Counted from the stretch's first letter, positions 19,727-31,685 are shown. The stretch is 64,000 nt of DNA from an uncultured Planctomycetota bacterium (GCA_963845755.1 CAWJTV010000029.1:384001-448000); one strand, 5' to 3'. Notes: generated by a model not told the origin, from the sequence alone. Made by a program: numbers and translations.

Positions 19727-21216
19727 ATGGACCCCATTCGCGAACAGATCGACGTCCTGACGCGCCGGCATTTCTTCGGCCGGGCGGGCATCAGCTTGGG
19801 CAGTGCCGCGCTGGCCAGCCTGCTGGCCGAGGGGAATGCGCGGGCGCGGACACATCGCCGAAGGGAACGGACGGGGCGACCCTGTCCGCCGCCGGCGGAC
19901 TTCCCGGGTTGCCTCATTTCGCGCCCAAGGCGAAGCGGGCGATCTACCTGTTCATGAACGGCGGCCCGTCGCAGATGGACCTGTTCGACTACAAGCCGGC
20001 CATGGGCCCGATGTTCGACAAGGACCTGCCCGACTCGATCCGGATGGGTCAACGTCTGACCACGATGACCAGCGGCCAGTCCCGCTTCCCGATCGCGCCT
20101 TCCAAATACAAGTTCGCCCGGCACGGACAGGCGGGGACCTTGGTCAGCGAGCTGTTGCCCTGGACGGCCAAGATCGTCAACGAGATCGCACTGATCAAGT
20201 CGGTCTGGACGGAAGCGATCAACCACGACCCGGCCGTCACGTATATTTGCACGGGTAACCAGCTACCGGGGCGCCCCAGCCTGGGTTCCTGGCTGAGCTA
20301 CGGCCTGGGCACGACGAACCGGGACTTACCCGCCTTCGTCGTGATGACGGCGACCTGGACCGGCCGCAAGGAGGCCCAGGCGATCTACAACCGGCTCTGG
20401 GGCTCGGGCTACTTGCCGAGCAAGCACCAGGGCGTCGCGTTGCGCTCCAGCGGCGACCCGGTCCTCTTCCTGTCGAATCCCGCGGGGGTCGATCCCGCGA
20501 TCCGCCGGCGCGCCCTCGACGCGATCAGCCGGATCAACCAGGAGGAGTACCGCCAGTTCGCCGACCCCGAGACCCAGACGCGGATCGCCCAGTACGAGAT
20601 GGCCTTCCGCATGCAGACCTCGGTCCCCGAGCTGACCGACATCTCCAACGAGCCGAAGCACGTGCTGGACATGTACGGGCCGGACGTGCACACACCGGGC
20701 ACGTTCGCGCGTTGCGCACTCCTGGCCCGTCGGCTGGCCGAGCGCGACGTGCGGTTCGTCCAGATCTTCCATCGCGGCTGGGACCAGCACGGGAACCTCC
20801 CCGGCGACCTGCCCCACCAGTGCCACGACGTCGATCAACCCTGCCACGCGCTCATCACCGACTTGAAACAGCGCGGGTTACTCGACGACACGCTGGTCAT
20901 CTGGGGCGGCGAGTTCGGCCGGACGGTGTATTGCCAGGGCCGGCTGACCCGCAACGACTACGGCCGCGACCACCATCCCAAGTGCTTCCCGACCTGGATG
21001 GCCGGCGGCGGCATCAAGCCCGGAGTCTCGTATGGCGAGACCGACGACTTCAGCTACAATATCGTCTCCAACCCGGTGCACATCCACGACCTGAACGCCA
21101 CGATCCTCCACTGCCTGGGCATCGATCACCGCCGGCTGAGCTTCCGGTTCCAGGGCCTCGACGTCCGCCTCACCGGCGTCGAGGAGCATCACCCGGTCAA
21201 GGGGGTCCTGGCGTGA
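19727..21216 (+). CDS. DUF1501 protein with Tat-like signal (one frameshift)
   Basis: [41 protein letters not shown]. Confidence 0.92.
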
Positions 21217-21274
21217 TTCCAATCACCTGACTCGAATCGGACCGCTCTCAGGGTCCGCGAGGGCGCCCCCATCG

Positions 21275-22280
21275 ATGAAGACGGTCCACGTTGCCGTCGT
21301 GCAGGCGGCACCGGTCGCGTTCGACCGGGAAAGAACCCTGGAAACGGTCCGCGGCCTGGCCATTGAGGCGGCCGACCGGGGGGCGCGTCTGATCGTCTTC
21401 CCCGAGGCGTTCGTCTCGGGCTACCCGCGCGGGCTCGATTTCGGAGTCCGGATCGGCTCCCGCACTCCCGAAGGCCGCGAGTTGTTCCGCCGCTACTGGG
21501 ACAGCGCCGTGGACGTACCCGGCCCGGCCGTCGACTCCCTCGGCAACACGGCCCGAGATACCGGCGCAGTACCTGGTCATCGGCGTCGTGGAGCGCGCAG
21601 GGCGGCACGCTCTACTGCTCGGTCCTGTTCTTCGATCCCGACGGCGCCCTGCTGGGCAAGCATCGCAAGCTGATGCCCACCGCCGCCGAGCGCCTGGTCT
21701 GGGGCTATGGCGACGGCTCGACCATGCCCGTCTTCGACACCCCCATCGGTAAGCTCGGCGCCGTGATCTGCTGGGAGAATTACATGCCGATGCTGCGGAT
21801 GCACATGTACGCCCAGGGGATCCAGATCTATTGCGCCCGACGGCCGACGACCGCGAGACCTGGCTGTCAACCCTGCGTCACATCGCCCTGGAGGGGCGTT
21901 GCTTCGTCCTGGGCTGCAACCAGTTTGCCCGCCGCTCCGACTACCCGGCCGACTATCCCGCCATCCAGGGGGACGACCCGTCAACCGTCATGTCGCGGGG
22001 CGGTAGCTGCATCGTCAACCCGCTGGGCCGGCTGCTGGCCGGGCCGGTCTTCGACGGACCGACGACCCTCTCGGCCGAGCTGGACCTCGAGGAGATCCCC
22101 CGCGCCAAGTTCGACTTCGATGTCGCCGGCCACTACGCGCGTCCCGACGTCTTCCGGCTGGTCGTCAACGAGTCACCGACGCCGCCGGTTGTACGACAGA
22201 CCGGATCTCCTGCACCCTCCTGTCCCGAACCCGCCCGGCCTCCCGAATCGGTAAAGCCGGTCGAGGAACCGCTGCGATGA
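21275..22280 (+). CDS. Nitrilase (carbon-nitrogen hydrolase; frameshifted)
   Basis: [21 protein letters not shown] (E-K-C triad), GHYARPDVF. Confidence 0.92.
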
Positions 22281-22297
22281 CCCGTTCGCCTCGCGAT

Positions 22298-22564
22298 TCA
22301 CGGATGTTCCGGTGAAGCCCCGAGCCGCTCGAGCTCGGATCGGAGGCGGTTTCTGGCCCGCTGTTCGGCGGTGAGCTGCGACTTCGATATGTAACCGCGC
22401 TGATGCATCCGCCCCGCCCACTCAAATCGATCCTCCGCCCTCTGGAGATCGACTCTGATCGCCGCGATGCGCCTCCTCCGCTCCCACGTCAGGACGATGG
22501 CGATCACGGCCACGAGGACCATCAGCCACAGCAAGGTCAGCCGGGGCCGGAAGAAGCGTCTCAT
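22298..22564 (-). CDS. Small membrane-anchored hypothetical protein
   Basis: MRRFFRPRLTLLWLMVLVAVIAIVLTW followed by a coiled-coil-like segment. Confidence 0.65.
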   Translation of the reverse strand: MRRFFRPRLTLLWLMVLVAVIAIVLTWERRRRIAAIRVDLQRAEDRFEWAGRMHQRGYISKSQLTAEQRARNRLRSELERLGASPEHP

Positions 22565-22676
22565 CAGGATCGTCCTCGGCGAGTCAGGACCCGCTGCGGA
22601 TGGTACCCGGCAACTCGGAATGGCCCAAAACGACGATTGTCGGTGATCTCGGCCCAACACACAACCGGGACGCGGG

Positions 22677-23144
22677 CTAGATCCGCTCCTCGATCAGGAC
22701 GGGCATGCGGTTCGAGCGAGTCATGACCTGGTAATAATGGCTCGCGGGCTCGCAGATCATGTAGACCACGGCCTTGCCGCGCTCGTCCGGGACGAGTAGG
22801 CCGCGGATCCCTTGCCGGATGCGGTACCAGACCCCGCGATCCAGCCCGAGCGTGGCGGGGATGTCCACGAGGATCGGGTTGAGTCCGCGCCAGTACCCCT
22901 CCTGGACGGTCAACAGCCACGTCCAGCCGGTGCGCGGCAGGAAACGGCTCTCGCCCCGACCGTTGCCCCAGCGCACGACCAGGATTTGACCGTCGCGCCA
23001 GACCGGCAGCCGGGGTTGGCGGTCGCGATAGAGGAAACGCACCTCCCGCTCGCCCCCACGATCGTGGACGCGACGCTCCAGCCCCTGCCGCTCGATCAGC
23101 TCCTTGGGCAGCTCACTCCATGCCAGAGATATTCCAACGCACAT
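22677..23144 (-). CDS. Divergent SRAP (YedK/HMCES)-like protein
   Basis: Starts Met-Cys; VRWG, IPA and terminal RMPVLI motifs; downstream of a Y-family polymerase. Confidence 0.6.
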   Translation of the reverse strand: MCVGISLAWSELPKELIERQGLERRVHDRGGEREVRFLYRDRQPRLPVWRDGQILVVRWGNGRGESRFLPRTGWTWLLTVQEGYWRGLNPILVDIPATLGLDRGVWYRIRQGIRGLLVPDERGKAVVYMICEPASHYYQVMTRSNRMPVLIEERI

Positions 23145-23161
23145 GGGATTAGTAGCGTCGT

Positions 23162-23238
23162 GAGTGGCAAGTGGCAAGTGAATCCGAGAGGACGGACCGG
23201 TTCGTATCTCTTGCCACTCGCCACTTGCCACTTGCCAC
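23162..23238. repeat. Inverted heptamer arrays (GTGGCAA)n/(TTGCCAC)n
   Basis: Seen directly between the two repair genes. Confidence 0.75.
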
Positions 23239-23240
23239 GA

Positions 23241-24487
23241 TCAGAAACATAACTTCCCCCGGATGTCACAGATATCGTATTCGTTGGCGGTATCGCGATA
23301 GATGGACGCCAGGGGCAGTGTGGCGGCACTGCGGAGGACGAACCGACCGTGGCGCCCGTTGATCTCGCGCTTGAGGCGTGCGACGGCCAGGGCCTGGCTG
23401 CGTTGCCCGGGCGGGTCGAACAGGTCGAGGGGACAGTCCTGCCGGGCGGTCAGCTCCTCGGCGATCAGGTGCATGTGGGTGGCCAGTGCGGGGGACCCAG
23501 GCCCTGCGGAGACAGGGCCGGGCCGCATCCAGGAGGATGTCGAACCGGTCGCTGGGCACGGCGAGGGTCATCTGGCCGACGCCCGACTGGCCGTTCTTGT
23601 AGACGACCCAGACGGTGATCCGGCCGGCGGCCACGCCGTGATACTCGAGCTCCTCGATCAGCCGTTCGAGGTTGCGGATCAGCCAGGCATAGAGGACGAC
23701 CGGCTCGGTGGTCGAACTCGCCGAAGCTGCCACCGCGCGACAGGGCCTTGTGCGCGGGCCGCCGCAGGTGGATCGGCTGGACGGCCTCGCCGTTGAGCTC
23801 CCACCACAGCGTCTCGCCGGAGGCCGTCAACAACGCCCGGACCAGCCGGCGGTCGGTCTGCGCCAGGTCGAGGCAGGTGTGGATCCCCCAGGGCGAGAGC
23901 CGGGCCGCGCGCCGGCCCGCGATCCCGGTGATCTCGGTCACCGGCAGGTCGGCCATCAGCTCTTCCTCGGCCCGGCGATCGACCACCGCCCGCGCACCGT
24001 CCGGCTTGGCCGCGTCCGAGATCAGCTTGGCGAGCGTCCGCGTCCGGGCGATGCCCACCGTCACCGGCACGCCCACACGCTCCCGGATCTCGTCCCGGAT
24101 CGACACCGCCAGGTCCTGTAACGTCTGGCCCGGCACCGGAATCGCCGCGAAGAAGAACTCGTCGATCGAGTAATACTCCACCCGCGGCGACCATTCCCGC
24201 ATCACCCCCAGCATCAGCCGGCTCAAGACCTCGTACCACCGGAAATCCCGTTTGACGTACACCCCCGTCGGACACTTCACCAGCGCATCCCAGATCGGCA
24301 TCCCCGTCGCGACGCCCGCCGCCTTCATCTCGTAACTCTTGGCGATCACGCACGCGCCCTGGTTGCCCAGCACCCCCACCGGCTTCTGGCGCAGGAACTC
24401 GTCACGCACCCGCTCCGCCGACACGTAGAAGCAGTCGGCGTCGAGATGACCCACCGCACTCGCACTCGCACTTATTCGCGCCCACAT
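23241..24487 (-). CDS. Y-family DNA polymerase (DinB/UmuC-like; frameshifted)
   Basis: HLDADCFYVS, CVIAKSYE, YSIDE, AKLISDAAKPDG; C-terminal DIRGKLCF. Confidence 0.92.
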
Positions 24488-24761
24488 GGACAGAAGTTTA
24501 TTCTGTACGGACGAATCGGTCAAGGAGACCTGCGGCAGGATGTGCGCACTTGGAGGTATTGCGAGGATTTGCGAGGTTTTTTCGGAACGGAGCGGCAGGT
24601 GGTCGAAATTGGCCAGGTGGAGGATCGCGACTGGCGGAGAGCGGGGCCTGGAAAAAGAGGCGCCTCAACAAGACTCGAATTTAAACTTATTATAAGATTC
24701 ATATGAATTTCGACATAATTACTACCAATCAGGTAACAGTAACCGCCGAGGCGGGCCTCCC

Positions 24762-24922
24762 TTAGCGGAGACTTCGCAGATGTCGCAAGGTCAACGCCAG
24801 CTCGGCCAGGTCGTTGTAGTGACCTGGGCACTGGTTAAAGTTCGTATCGTGGCCGTTATCTTATGAAAAACTTCCCAGCAGAATCTGCGGAGGTAAGCAA
24901 TCTCCTGTTCGGTGAGGGTCAT
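24762..24922 (-). pseudogene. Short or frameshifted paralog-like ORF of 25005-25292
   Basis: MTLTEQEIAYLRRFCWEVFH with a GAGGGGAG RBS. Confidence 0.4.
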
Positions 24923-25004
24923 CTCAGATATTGCTCCCCTCGGTGTAATCGCGCTCGAGGAAATCGCGTTGGAGACTGATGGGAACGATCATCAAAGGAC
25001 TGGC

Positions 25005-25292
25005 TCACTCTGAATGAACCAAGGACTCCAATTCGGCTATACGAGCCTCGAATTCTTCCTTGGAAGCCCAGGGACAAGGGAGGTTGGGATCATCCGGGAG
25101 AGGAGGATAGGGACCACCCCAGTTACCAGCCCCGCCCCAGTATTCCATGTACGCGGGTTCGAGTTGGAGATAGTGGTTGTAGGTGATGCCGCGTTCGGCA
25201 GAAAGACGATGAGCACGACCCTCGTTCTGCCCGAGGTGCATCTCTCGTATGAAGAGATCCATGAACTGACGTTCTTGGGGAAGTAGGGCCAC
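25005..25292 (-). CDS. Small hypothetical protein
   Basis: 95 aa, GTG start with AGGAGG RBS. Confidence 0.7.
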   Translation of the reverse strand: MALLPQERQFMDLFIREMHLGQNEGRAHRLSAERGITYNHYLQLEPAYMEYWGGAGNWGGPYPPLPDDPNLPCPWASKEEFEARIAELESLVHSE

Positions 25293-25300
25293 AGATCCTC

Positions 25301-25615
25301 CTAGGGGTCAAAAGAGTAATTGGCGTACCGTTGTCCGGCAGACACGTTCTTGAGGTAGTTTTCTAGGAGTTCCTCGGATCCCGCCCAAGTCTTGGCTTGT
25401 TCCCAAGATCGGCGGAGGACGGGAAGGCTTGGCTCGGCGGACGGAACCGTGTGGGTAGAAGCATACAAATCTACCCCTCCCCCGCAATCCGGGTTTGGGC
25501 AGTCAGCGGCAGCTTTGTGTTGGAACAACAGAGCCTGGTTTACTCGAGCGTACCACTCTCGGTGCCAATCTTCCACAAGGAGGCCACAGTGAGGACATGA
25601 CTTTAAACCTGGCAT
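25301..25615 (-). CDS. Small zinc-ribbon-like hypothetical protein
   Basis: CPHC...CPNPDC; start may be 25648. Confidence 0.65.
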   Translation of the reverse strand: MPGLKSCPHCGLLVEDWHREWYARVNQALLFQHKAAADCPNPDCGGGVDLYASTHTVPSAEPSLPVLRRSWEQAKTWAGSEELLENYLKNVSAGQRYANYSFDP

Positions 25616-25824
25616 AGCCACCCTTGAGTATTCGATGGTGAATTCCATCGGAAAGGCGAGGAGCCACAACCACCCGTTCGAGTTGGAGCCGCATACATTC
25701 CCCACGCCTTCACCGTCTCACCCTATCCGACGGGACGATATTGATCAACGCCCGGCGGAAGACGAACAAATTTAAAAAATCGTCATATATTCCATCGAAT
25801 ACGGCCGAGACCCGCTCGTTTCCA

Positions 25825-27995
25825 TCACGCCCGGGCGCCCATCTGGGCCGGGCTTTCGGCCGACAAAGAGTCCTCGGGCTTCGTCGGCGCGATCCACCGC
25901 AGCACGGCCGAGACGACAATCACCAGGACGCAGGTCAGCACCATGGCAGTCAGCCCGATATTCAACCAGCCGTGGACCATGGTGCGGCTCTGATGGGCCA
26001 TCCGCCAGAACCTGCCGGTGATCTCGTAATAGGCGGTGGTCGATGTGGTGGTCGCCACGAAGAGCATGGGCAAGATCGTGATGGGTGCGTATCGGCCGCG
26101 GCCGGAGTTCACGATCACCGTCGTCACCACGGATAGGGCGATGACGGCCAGGAGCTGGTTGGCCATGCCGAACATCGGCCAGATCGTCTCGACGCTCCCG
26201 GTGTAGATGAAGTAGCCCCATCCGAAGACGACCAGGCCCGTCGCGAGGAGCGAGGCCGGCAGCCAGTTGAGGTCGCCCAGCGGCTTCCAGAGCTTGCCCA
26301 GGAACTCCTGCACGAGGAATCGCGCGATCCGGGTGCCGGCATCGATCGTCGTGAGGATGAACAGGGCCTCGAACATAATCGCGAAATGATACCAGTACTT
26401 GATCAGCCAGCTCATTCCGGGAATCGCGTCGGAGAAGATCCGCGCCATGCCGACGGCCAGCGTCACGGCGCCGCCGGTCCGGCCGTGCAGCGATTCCTGG
26501 ACGTCCCGCTCCATCGCGACCAGCTCGCTGCCGGCCGGTGCGGCCGGGTCGAGGCCACCCCCGGCATGCTGTCCTACCTCCGAGGCCTCGAGGAACCGCG
26601 CAAATCGGGGTGCTTGGCCAGGAAGTCGGGGCGCTTGGCCAGGTCGATGTTGATGTCGTAGTACATCGAGTTGGGCAATGCCGCCGCCGCGATCAGGGCC
26701 ACGATCCCCACCAGGCCCTCCATCAACATCGCGCCATAACCGATCATCCGGACGTCGCTTTCCTTGTCCACCATCTTGGGCGTCGTCCCGGATGAGACCA
26801 GCGCGTGGAACCCGGAGATTGCCCCGCACATGATGCAGATGAAGACATAGGGGAAGATGGGACCATCGAAATACGGCCCGCCTCCCGAGGCGAAATGCGG
26901 GCTGACTGCCGGCGCGTGGAGCTTGGGGTTGGCGATCACGACTCCGACGACCAGAAGCGCGATGGTCCCGATCTTGAGGAACGTCGAGAGGTAGTCGCGC
27001 GGGCAGAGCAACAGCCAGACCGGTAGCACAGCCGCGATGAATCCGTAAGCGGCCAGGGTAAAGACCGTCATGTCGCGCGACATCAAGAAATAGCTCTCGA
27101 TCGGCGAGCCGGGAATCCAGGCCCCGCCGATCGTCGCCGCCAGCACGGCCGCCGCGCCGATCAGCGACGCCTCCAGGATCTTCCCTTTGCGGAAGCGATA
27201 CATGTACCAGCCAACGAACAGCGCGATCGGGATCGTCGCGGCGATCGTGAATGTTCCCCAAGAGCTGCCCGGCACGAGCCGCTTGGCCCCTTCGGGCAGG
27301 ATGAAGCCGGATCCCTTGCCATCCGTTTTCAAGAAGGTCCCGTGGGGCACGGCCAGATTGAACTTCTCGTGGAAGACCATGGTCTGGTCGGGCCCCGCGC
27401 CGAACCGATAGGTTGAGCCCGGGGGAACCTTATAGATCATCGGGCCGGTCGGGGTCCCGCCACGCTCGACCCCACTTTGGGGTGGATAAATCAGCTCGGA
27501 GCCAAACTTCATCGGCACTTCCTCGCCGCCCAGGGCCTTGACCACCACGATCCCCAGACCGGCCAGTGCGATGATCACGATATAGAGAATCGCGATCGCC
27601 GCGGCCATGCCGGCGGGCCGGCCGATCTCCTGGCGAGCCAGACCGGCCAGGCTCAACCCGGCCCGACGCGTCGAGGCGGCCAGGACCAGCATGTCCTGAA
27701 CGGCGCCCGCCAGGCAGACGCCGACGACCAGCCAGACCAGCCCCGGCAGGTAGCCGAACTGGATCGCCAGCACCGGGCCGATCAGTGGCCCGGCACCCGA
27801 GATCGCCGCGAAGTGATGGCCGAAGAGCACCCAGCGATTCGTCGGGTCGAAGTTCTGGCCGTCGTTGAACCGGTGGGCCGGGGTGACCTGCGAATCATCC
27901 AGTGCGGCCACCTTGGCGGCGAGGAAGGCGCTGTAGTATCGGTAGGCGACCGCGAGGATCGCCAGGACGCCCAGCATCACCGGCATCGCGTGCAT
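25825..27995 (-). CDS. cstA: Carbon starvation protein A family transporter (one frameshift)
   Basis: FGHHFAAISGAGPLIGP, CGAISGFHAL, WYHFAIMFEALFILTTIDAGTR. Confidence 0.95.
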
Positions 27996-28144
27996 GGTTA
28001 TCGGCCTCTGGTCCAGGGCGGGAGGCACGCGTCCGCGCCGATCGTCATCGCGGGCGTGCTCGTACATGCGGCAAAGAGCCTGAATCCACCAACTTCCAGT
28101 CTACGGCCGATGGTCTGCCCGTCAAGGAAGCGATCCGCTCCATC

Positions 28145-28648
28145 TTATTCCGAGGGCGAATCGCTCGCATTCCGGCGCCAGATCGCCAGACTCGGCGAAT
28201 GATACTCCACGAACCAGATCTCCTCCTCGACGCCCAGCTCATGCGCGAATCGATGCGCCACCAGGTGGTTGACCACCTCGAGCGATGCGGCGAGGAAATC
28301 GGTGCGGGAATCCTGGGGTTGCTCGGGGTTGTGGAAGATGAACCGAATGACCAGGACTCGCTCGTCGACCGGCCCCGTCGGCGAGAGGTATCGGCCATCC
28401 ATCTCGTAGATCGAGTAGCCGCGCGACGCCTGGCAGAGGGTCTTGATCCATTCCTCCTCGTCAAATGCCCGATCCTGCCGCCGCTGCCGCGCAATCGACT
28501 GTTTCACGAAGGGGACCTTCCGAATGGCCTGCTCGTTGAACAGGTCTTCGAGGACCTCCTGGATCTTGCCGAAGTATCCGAGCTTCTTCGGCAGGATCAC
28601 CTCGTAGATGCGAGCCGGTTTCGGGCCTTCCAGGCGATAATCGGCCAT
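28145..28648 (-). CDS. Hypothetical protein
   Basis: 167-aa ORF with host-like codon usage, same strand as neighbours. Confidence 0.75.
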   Translation of the reverse strand: MADYRLEGPKPARIYEVILPKKLGYFGKIQEVLEDLFNEQAIRKVPFVKQSIARQRRQDRAFDEEEWIKTLCQASRGYSIYEMDGRYLSPTGPVDERVLVIRFIFHNPEQPQDSRTDFLAASLEVVNHLVAHRFAHELGVEEEIWFVEYHSPSLAIWRRNASDSPSE

Positions 28649-28690
28649 GGGTGATGATCCCGGGTCACGGCGAGGGGAAAGGAAAAGGCC

Positions 28691-29420
28691 TCAATCTTCG
28701 GCTCCGCGGGGTCCGCCCTCGGGGAGCAGGGTCTCCAGCGGGCATTCCTCGCAATCGGTGGCCGTGGCGCGGCAGAATTGGTGGCCGATCTGTTCCATGC
28801 CATGAGCCAACTGGGCGAGAACTTCCACTCGATCTTGCTGGTCTTCAAGCGCACGTCGCCTGCTCGACGGCTCGATCCACCAGCAGGTCGCGGGCTTCGT
28901 CGTAAGTCGCGGTCGCATCAAGCCAGCCATGCCGCACGAGAATCCGATAGGTCGCGCGATCGAGGGGATAAGACGGGCGTTTCAAGGCGTAGAGGAGGAT
29001 GGCATCGGCCCCCGGCGTCCCGACGCCCTTGATGGCCGCCAGCTCCCCGCGGAGCCAGCCGATCGATCGATCCGGGTTGAACAGCGAGTCGACCCGGCCC
29101 CATGACGTTCGACGAGCCAACGCGCGAGATGCTTCAGGGGGACCAACGTCTTGGTGGAAAGCGGATCGGCCTTTCTCGCACACGGCGTCGCGGAGCGAGA
29201 TGCAGTTCGACTTCCGCCAACCGTTCGGGCGTCAGGAGTCCCGCCTGGGCCAGACCGTCCAGGGCAGTCCGCCAGCGCGACTCGCCCAGGGTCCGGGCCA
29301 GGAGGACCGCAATCATCGCCTCGAACGGGTCGAGGCCCTCGAACTCGGATTCGATCCGCCCGAAGGCCCGCCCGAAGGCACCGAAGAAACCTCCCAGAAG
29401 GCGTCGTCGAAGGTCGGCAT
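28691..29420 (-). CDS. Endonuclease III-like HhH-GPD protein (frameshifted)
   Basis: IKGVG...ADAILLYAL...YRILVRHGW; C-terminal FC-x6-C-x2-CPL. Confidence 0.75.
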
Positions 29421-29424
29421 CGTG

Positions 29425-29517
29425 CGAGTCCTTGAGTGCTCAAGTCCTCGAGTCCTTGAGATCCGAGCAGCTCGGACGGACCGTCATGACTCAAGGACTT
29501 GACGACTCGAGGACTAG
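29425..29517. repeat. Inverted octamer arrays (GTCCTTGA)n/(TCAAGGAC)n
   Basis: Seen directly downstream of rpsT. Confidence 0.6.
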
Positions 29518-29795
29518 CCTTGCTGAGCCTTGGCCATCGCCGCGGCGTACGCACGCGCCAGGCTGCTCTTGCGCCGGGCCGCCGTGTTGGGATGGAGGAC
29601 GCGGCGCCGCACCGCCTTGTCGATCTTGGCGGTGGCGAGCTTCAGGTCGGCCGCGGCCTTCTCGAAGTCCTTGGCGGCGACCGACGCCAGCGTCCGCTTC
29701 GTCATGGTCTTGATGACCTTCTTCGTGACCCGATTATGCATGCGGCGCTTCACGCTCTGTCGCATGCGCTTGGCCGCTGAGGGTGAGTTTGGCAT
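29514..29795 (-). CDS. rpsT: 30S ribosomal protein S20
   Basis: MPNSPSAAKRMRQS...IDKAVRRRVLHPNTAARRKSSL. Confidence 0.97.
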   Translation of the reverse strand: MPNSPSAAKRMRQSVKRRMHNRVTKKVIKTMTKRTLASVAAKDFEKAAADLKLATAKIDKAVRRRVLHPNTAARRKSSLARAYAAAMAKAQQG

Positions 29796-29963
29796 AGCTC
29801 CGTGAATCGTCAGGGAAGGCGGATACGGTTGATTGACACCAGGTTACGTTCGAGCCGGCAATCCCGTCCGTGTCGGTCGAGCCGCGACGGCCTCGGCCGG
29901 CGGACGACCCGGCCCCGTGACCCGCGGATCGGGAGACCCAGGAGGATACCACGAATGCCGCGG

Positions 29964-31367
29964 TCAGATCAAGCGGCGCAGCCGCTCGGCGACGTCGAGG
30001 TAGGTGTAGTCGAGGGCGGCGACCTCGTTGTAGTGCTCCTCAGCGGCCTCGTTGTTGCCGAGCGTCTCGGAGACCCGACCGAGGCGGTAGTGGAGCGCCT
30101 TGAAGTTCTCCTTGTCCTCGGCCTCGAGCATTTTCAGGGCCTCCTTGTAGTTGCGTTCCGAGAGTTTGGGGGCACCGTTGGCCTCGAAGCTCAGGCCTGT
30201 CTGAAGGAGGGCCTGGATCTTCAGGATGGGCTCGGTGCTGGACCGCGCCTGCTGGAACTCGGCGATCGCCTCGTCGTGCTTGCCGATCTGTGCCAGGATC
30301 AGGCCGAACTGGTAATGGAGATTGGCATCCTCCGGGTGCAGGGTGACCCGCCGGCGATACGCCTGGACCTGATACTTGTTGAGCATCTCGGTCAGCTCGT
30401 CGAGCTTGACCTTGGCACCGGTATCTTCGGGGTTTTCCTGGACTTTATGCGTCTGGTGCTCCTTGGCCCGCTTCAAGCGACTGATCTGGGTGTCCTCGTA
30501 GATGGACTTCAGCCCCGCATCGTTGGGATTGGCCTTGATGCCCTTGGCCAGGACCTTCTCCGCCGTGTCCAGGTCGCCGCGCTGGCGATAGATATCGGCC
30601 AGATTGACATAGGCATGGATGGACGTCGGGTCCTTCTTGATCTCCTCGAGCAGCCGCTGTTGGGGAGTGAGTTGCTCCTGCTTGAGCCGCTCGAGTTTGG
30701 CCTCCATGGACTCGGCGACGGGCGTGGCGGCGTCCTTCTGGGCCTGCGCCCGCTGGTCCAGGGCCTCGTCGAGCCCTGATCGCTTGATCGTCGAGGCCGC
30801 CGACAGGGCGTTGATCTTGCGGCTGACGTCCTGGTCGTTCGGGTTGAGTTTCTTGACCTGCTCCCAGCAGGCGATGGCCTTCGCCCAGCTCTCATTCGTC
30901 TCGTAGATACCGGCGGCGAATCGGAAGAAATCGGCGTCCTTGGCCACGGCCTGCACCGAATCGAGGAGCCACTGGGACAGGGCTCCCAATCCGAGCCCTT
31001 CGGCCGCCTCCGCCGCCACCCGCGCCGCCCCCACATCCCAGGGATTATTGGCGAAGGCATCCTCGCAGCGATCCAGCGCATCGTGGTGCTTACCTTTCGA
31101 GCGCGCCGACTTGGCATGCATCAGGATCGGCTGATTCTTGACCCCGACCAGCTTGCTGACCGACTTGGGATCGCCATTGAATTTCTTCCGCTCGATCCCT
31201 CGCAACGACTGACGATACAACATGGAGTCCGGCACAAGCTTGCAACATTGACGGTACATATCGATGGCGTAGTCGAAGTTCCCCTTCATCGCGGCGTCAT
31301 TGCCGTACTGGAAGAACGTTTTTGCCTTTTGCACCTCGGGCGAATCCGACCCCGAATCCTGAGACAT
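29964..31367 (-). CDS. Tetratricopeptide-repeat protein
   Basis: Multiple TPR-like helices; ends DYTYLDVAERL. Confidence 0.85.
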   Translation of the reverse strand: MSQDSGSDSPEVQKAKTFFQYGNDAAMKGNFDYAIDMYRQCCKLVPDSMLYRQSLRGIERKKFNGDPKSVSKLVGVKNQPILMHAKSARSKGKHHDALDRCEDAFANNPWDVGAARVAAEAAEGLGLGALSQWLLDSVQAVAKDADFFRFAAGIYETNESWAKAIACWEQVKKLNPNDQDVSRKINALSAASTIKRSGLDEALDQRAQAQKDAATPVAESMEAKLERLKQEQLTPQQRLLEEIKKDPTSIHAYVNLADIYRQRGDLDTAEKVLAKGIKANPNDAGLKSIYEDTQISRLKRAKEHQTHKVQENPEDTGAKVKLDELTEMLNKYQVQAYRRRVTLHPEDANLHYQFGLILAQIGKHDEAIAEFQQARSSTEPILKIQALLQTGLSFEANGAPKLSERNYKEALKMLEAEDKENFKALHYRLGRVSETLGNNEAAEEHYNEVAALDYTYLDVAERLRRLI

Positions 31368-31685
31368 CGGCGGAGCTCCTCCCAAACAGAGCCAGAACAG
31401 GCGGACTGATTCGAGGAATTCGTGTCCGCGACGGAGTCTGGAGGATCGAGATGCGACAGATGTCGGGATCCACCTCTCGTGCTCACTCTCCAGGCGTGGC
31501 ACGACCGACAGGCCCCAGCAATCGTCGCCACTTGCCCGCGACGCGGCACCACTCGAACTTTATTCTAAACCATCATGGTCACAGCTTCCACTCCATGACC
31601 AGTGGGAGATTGAGATAACCCATGGCATGGCCTTCGCTGGTTCGGAGGAAGGCCGGGAATTCACGCGAATGCGGAGGACCGAGCG

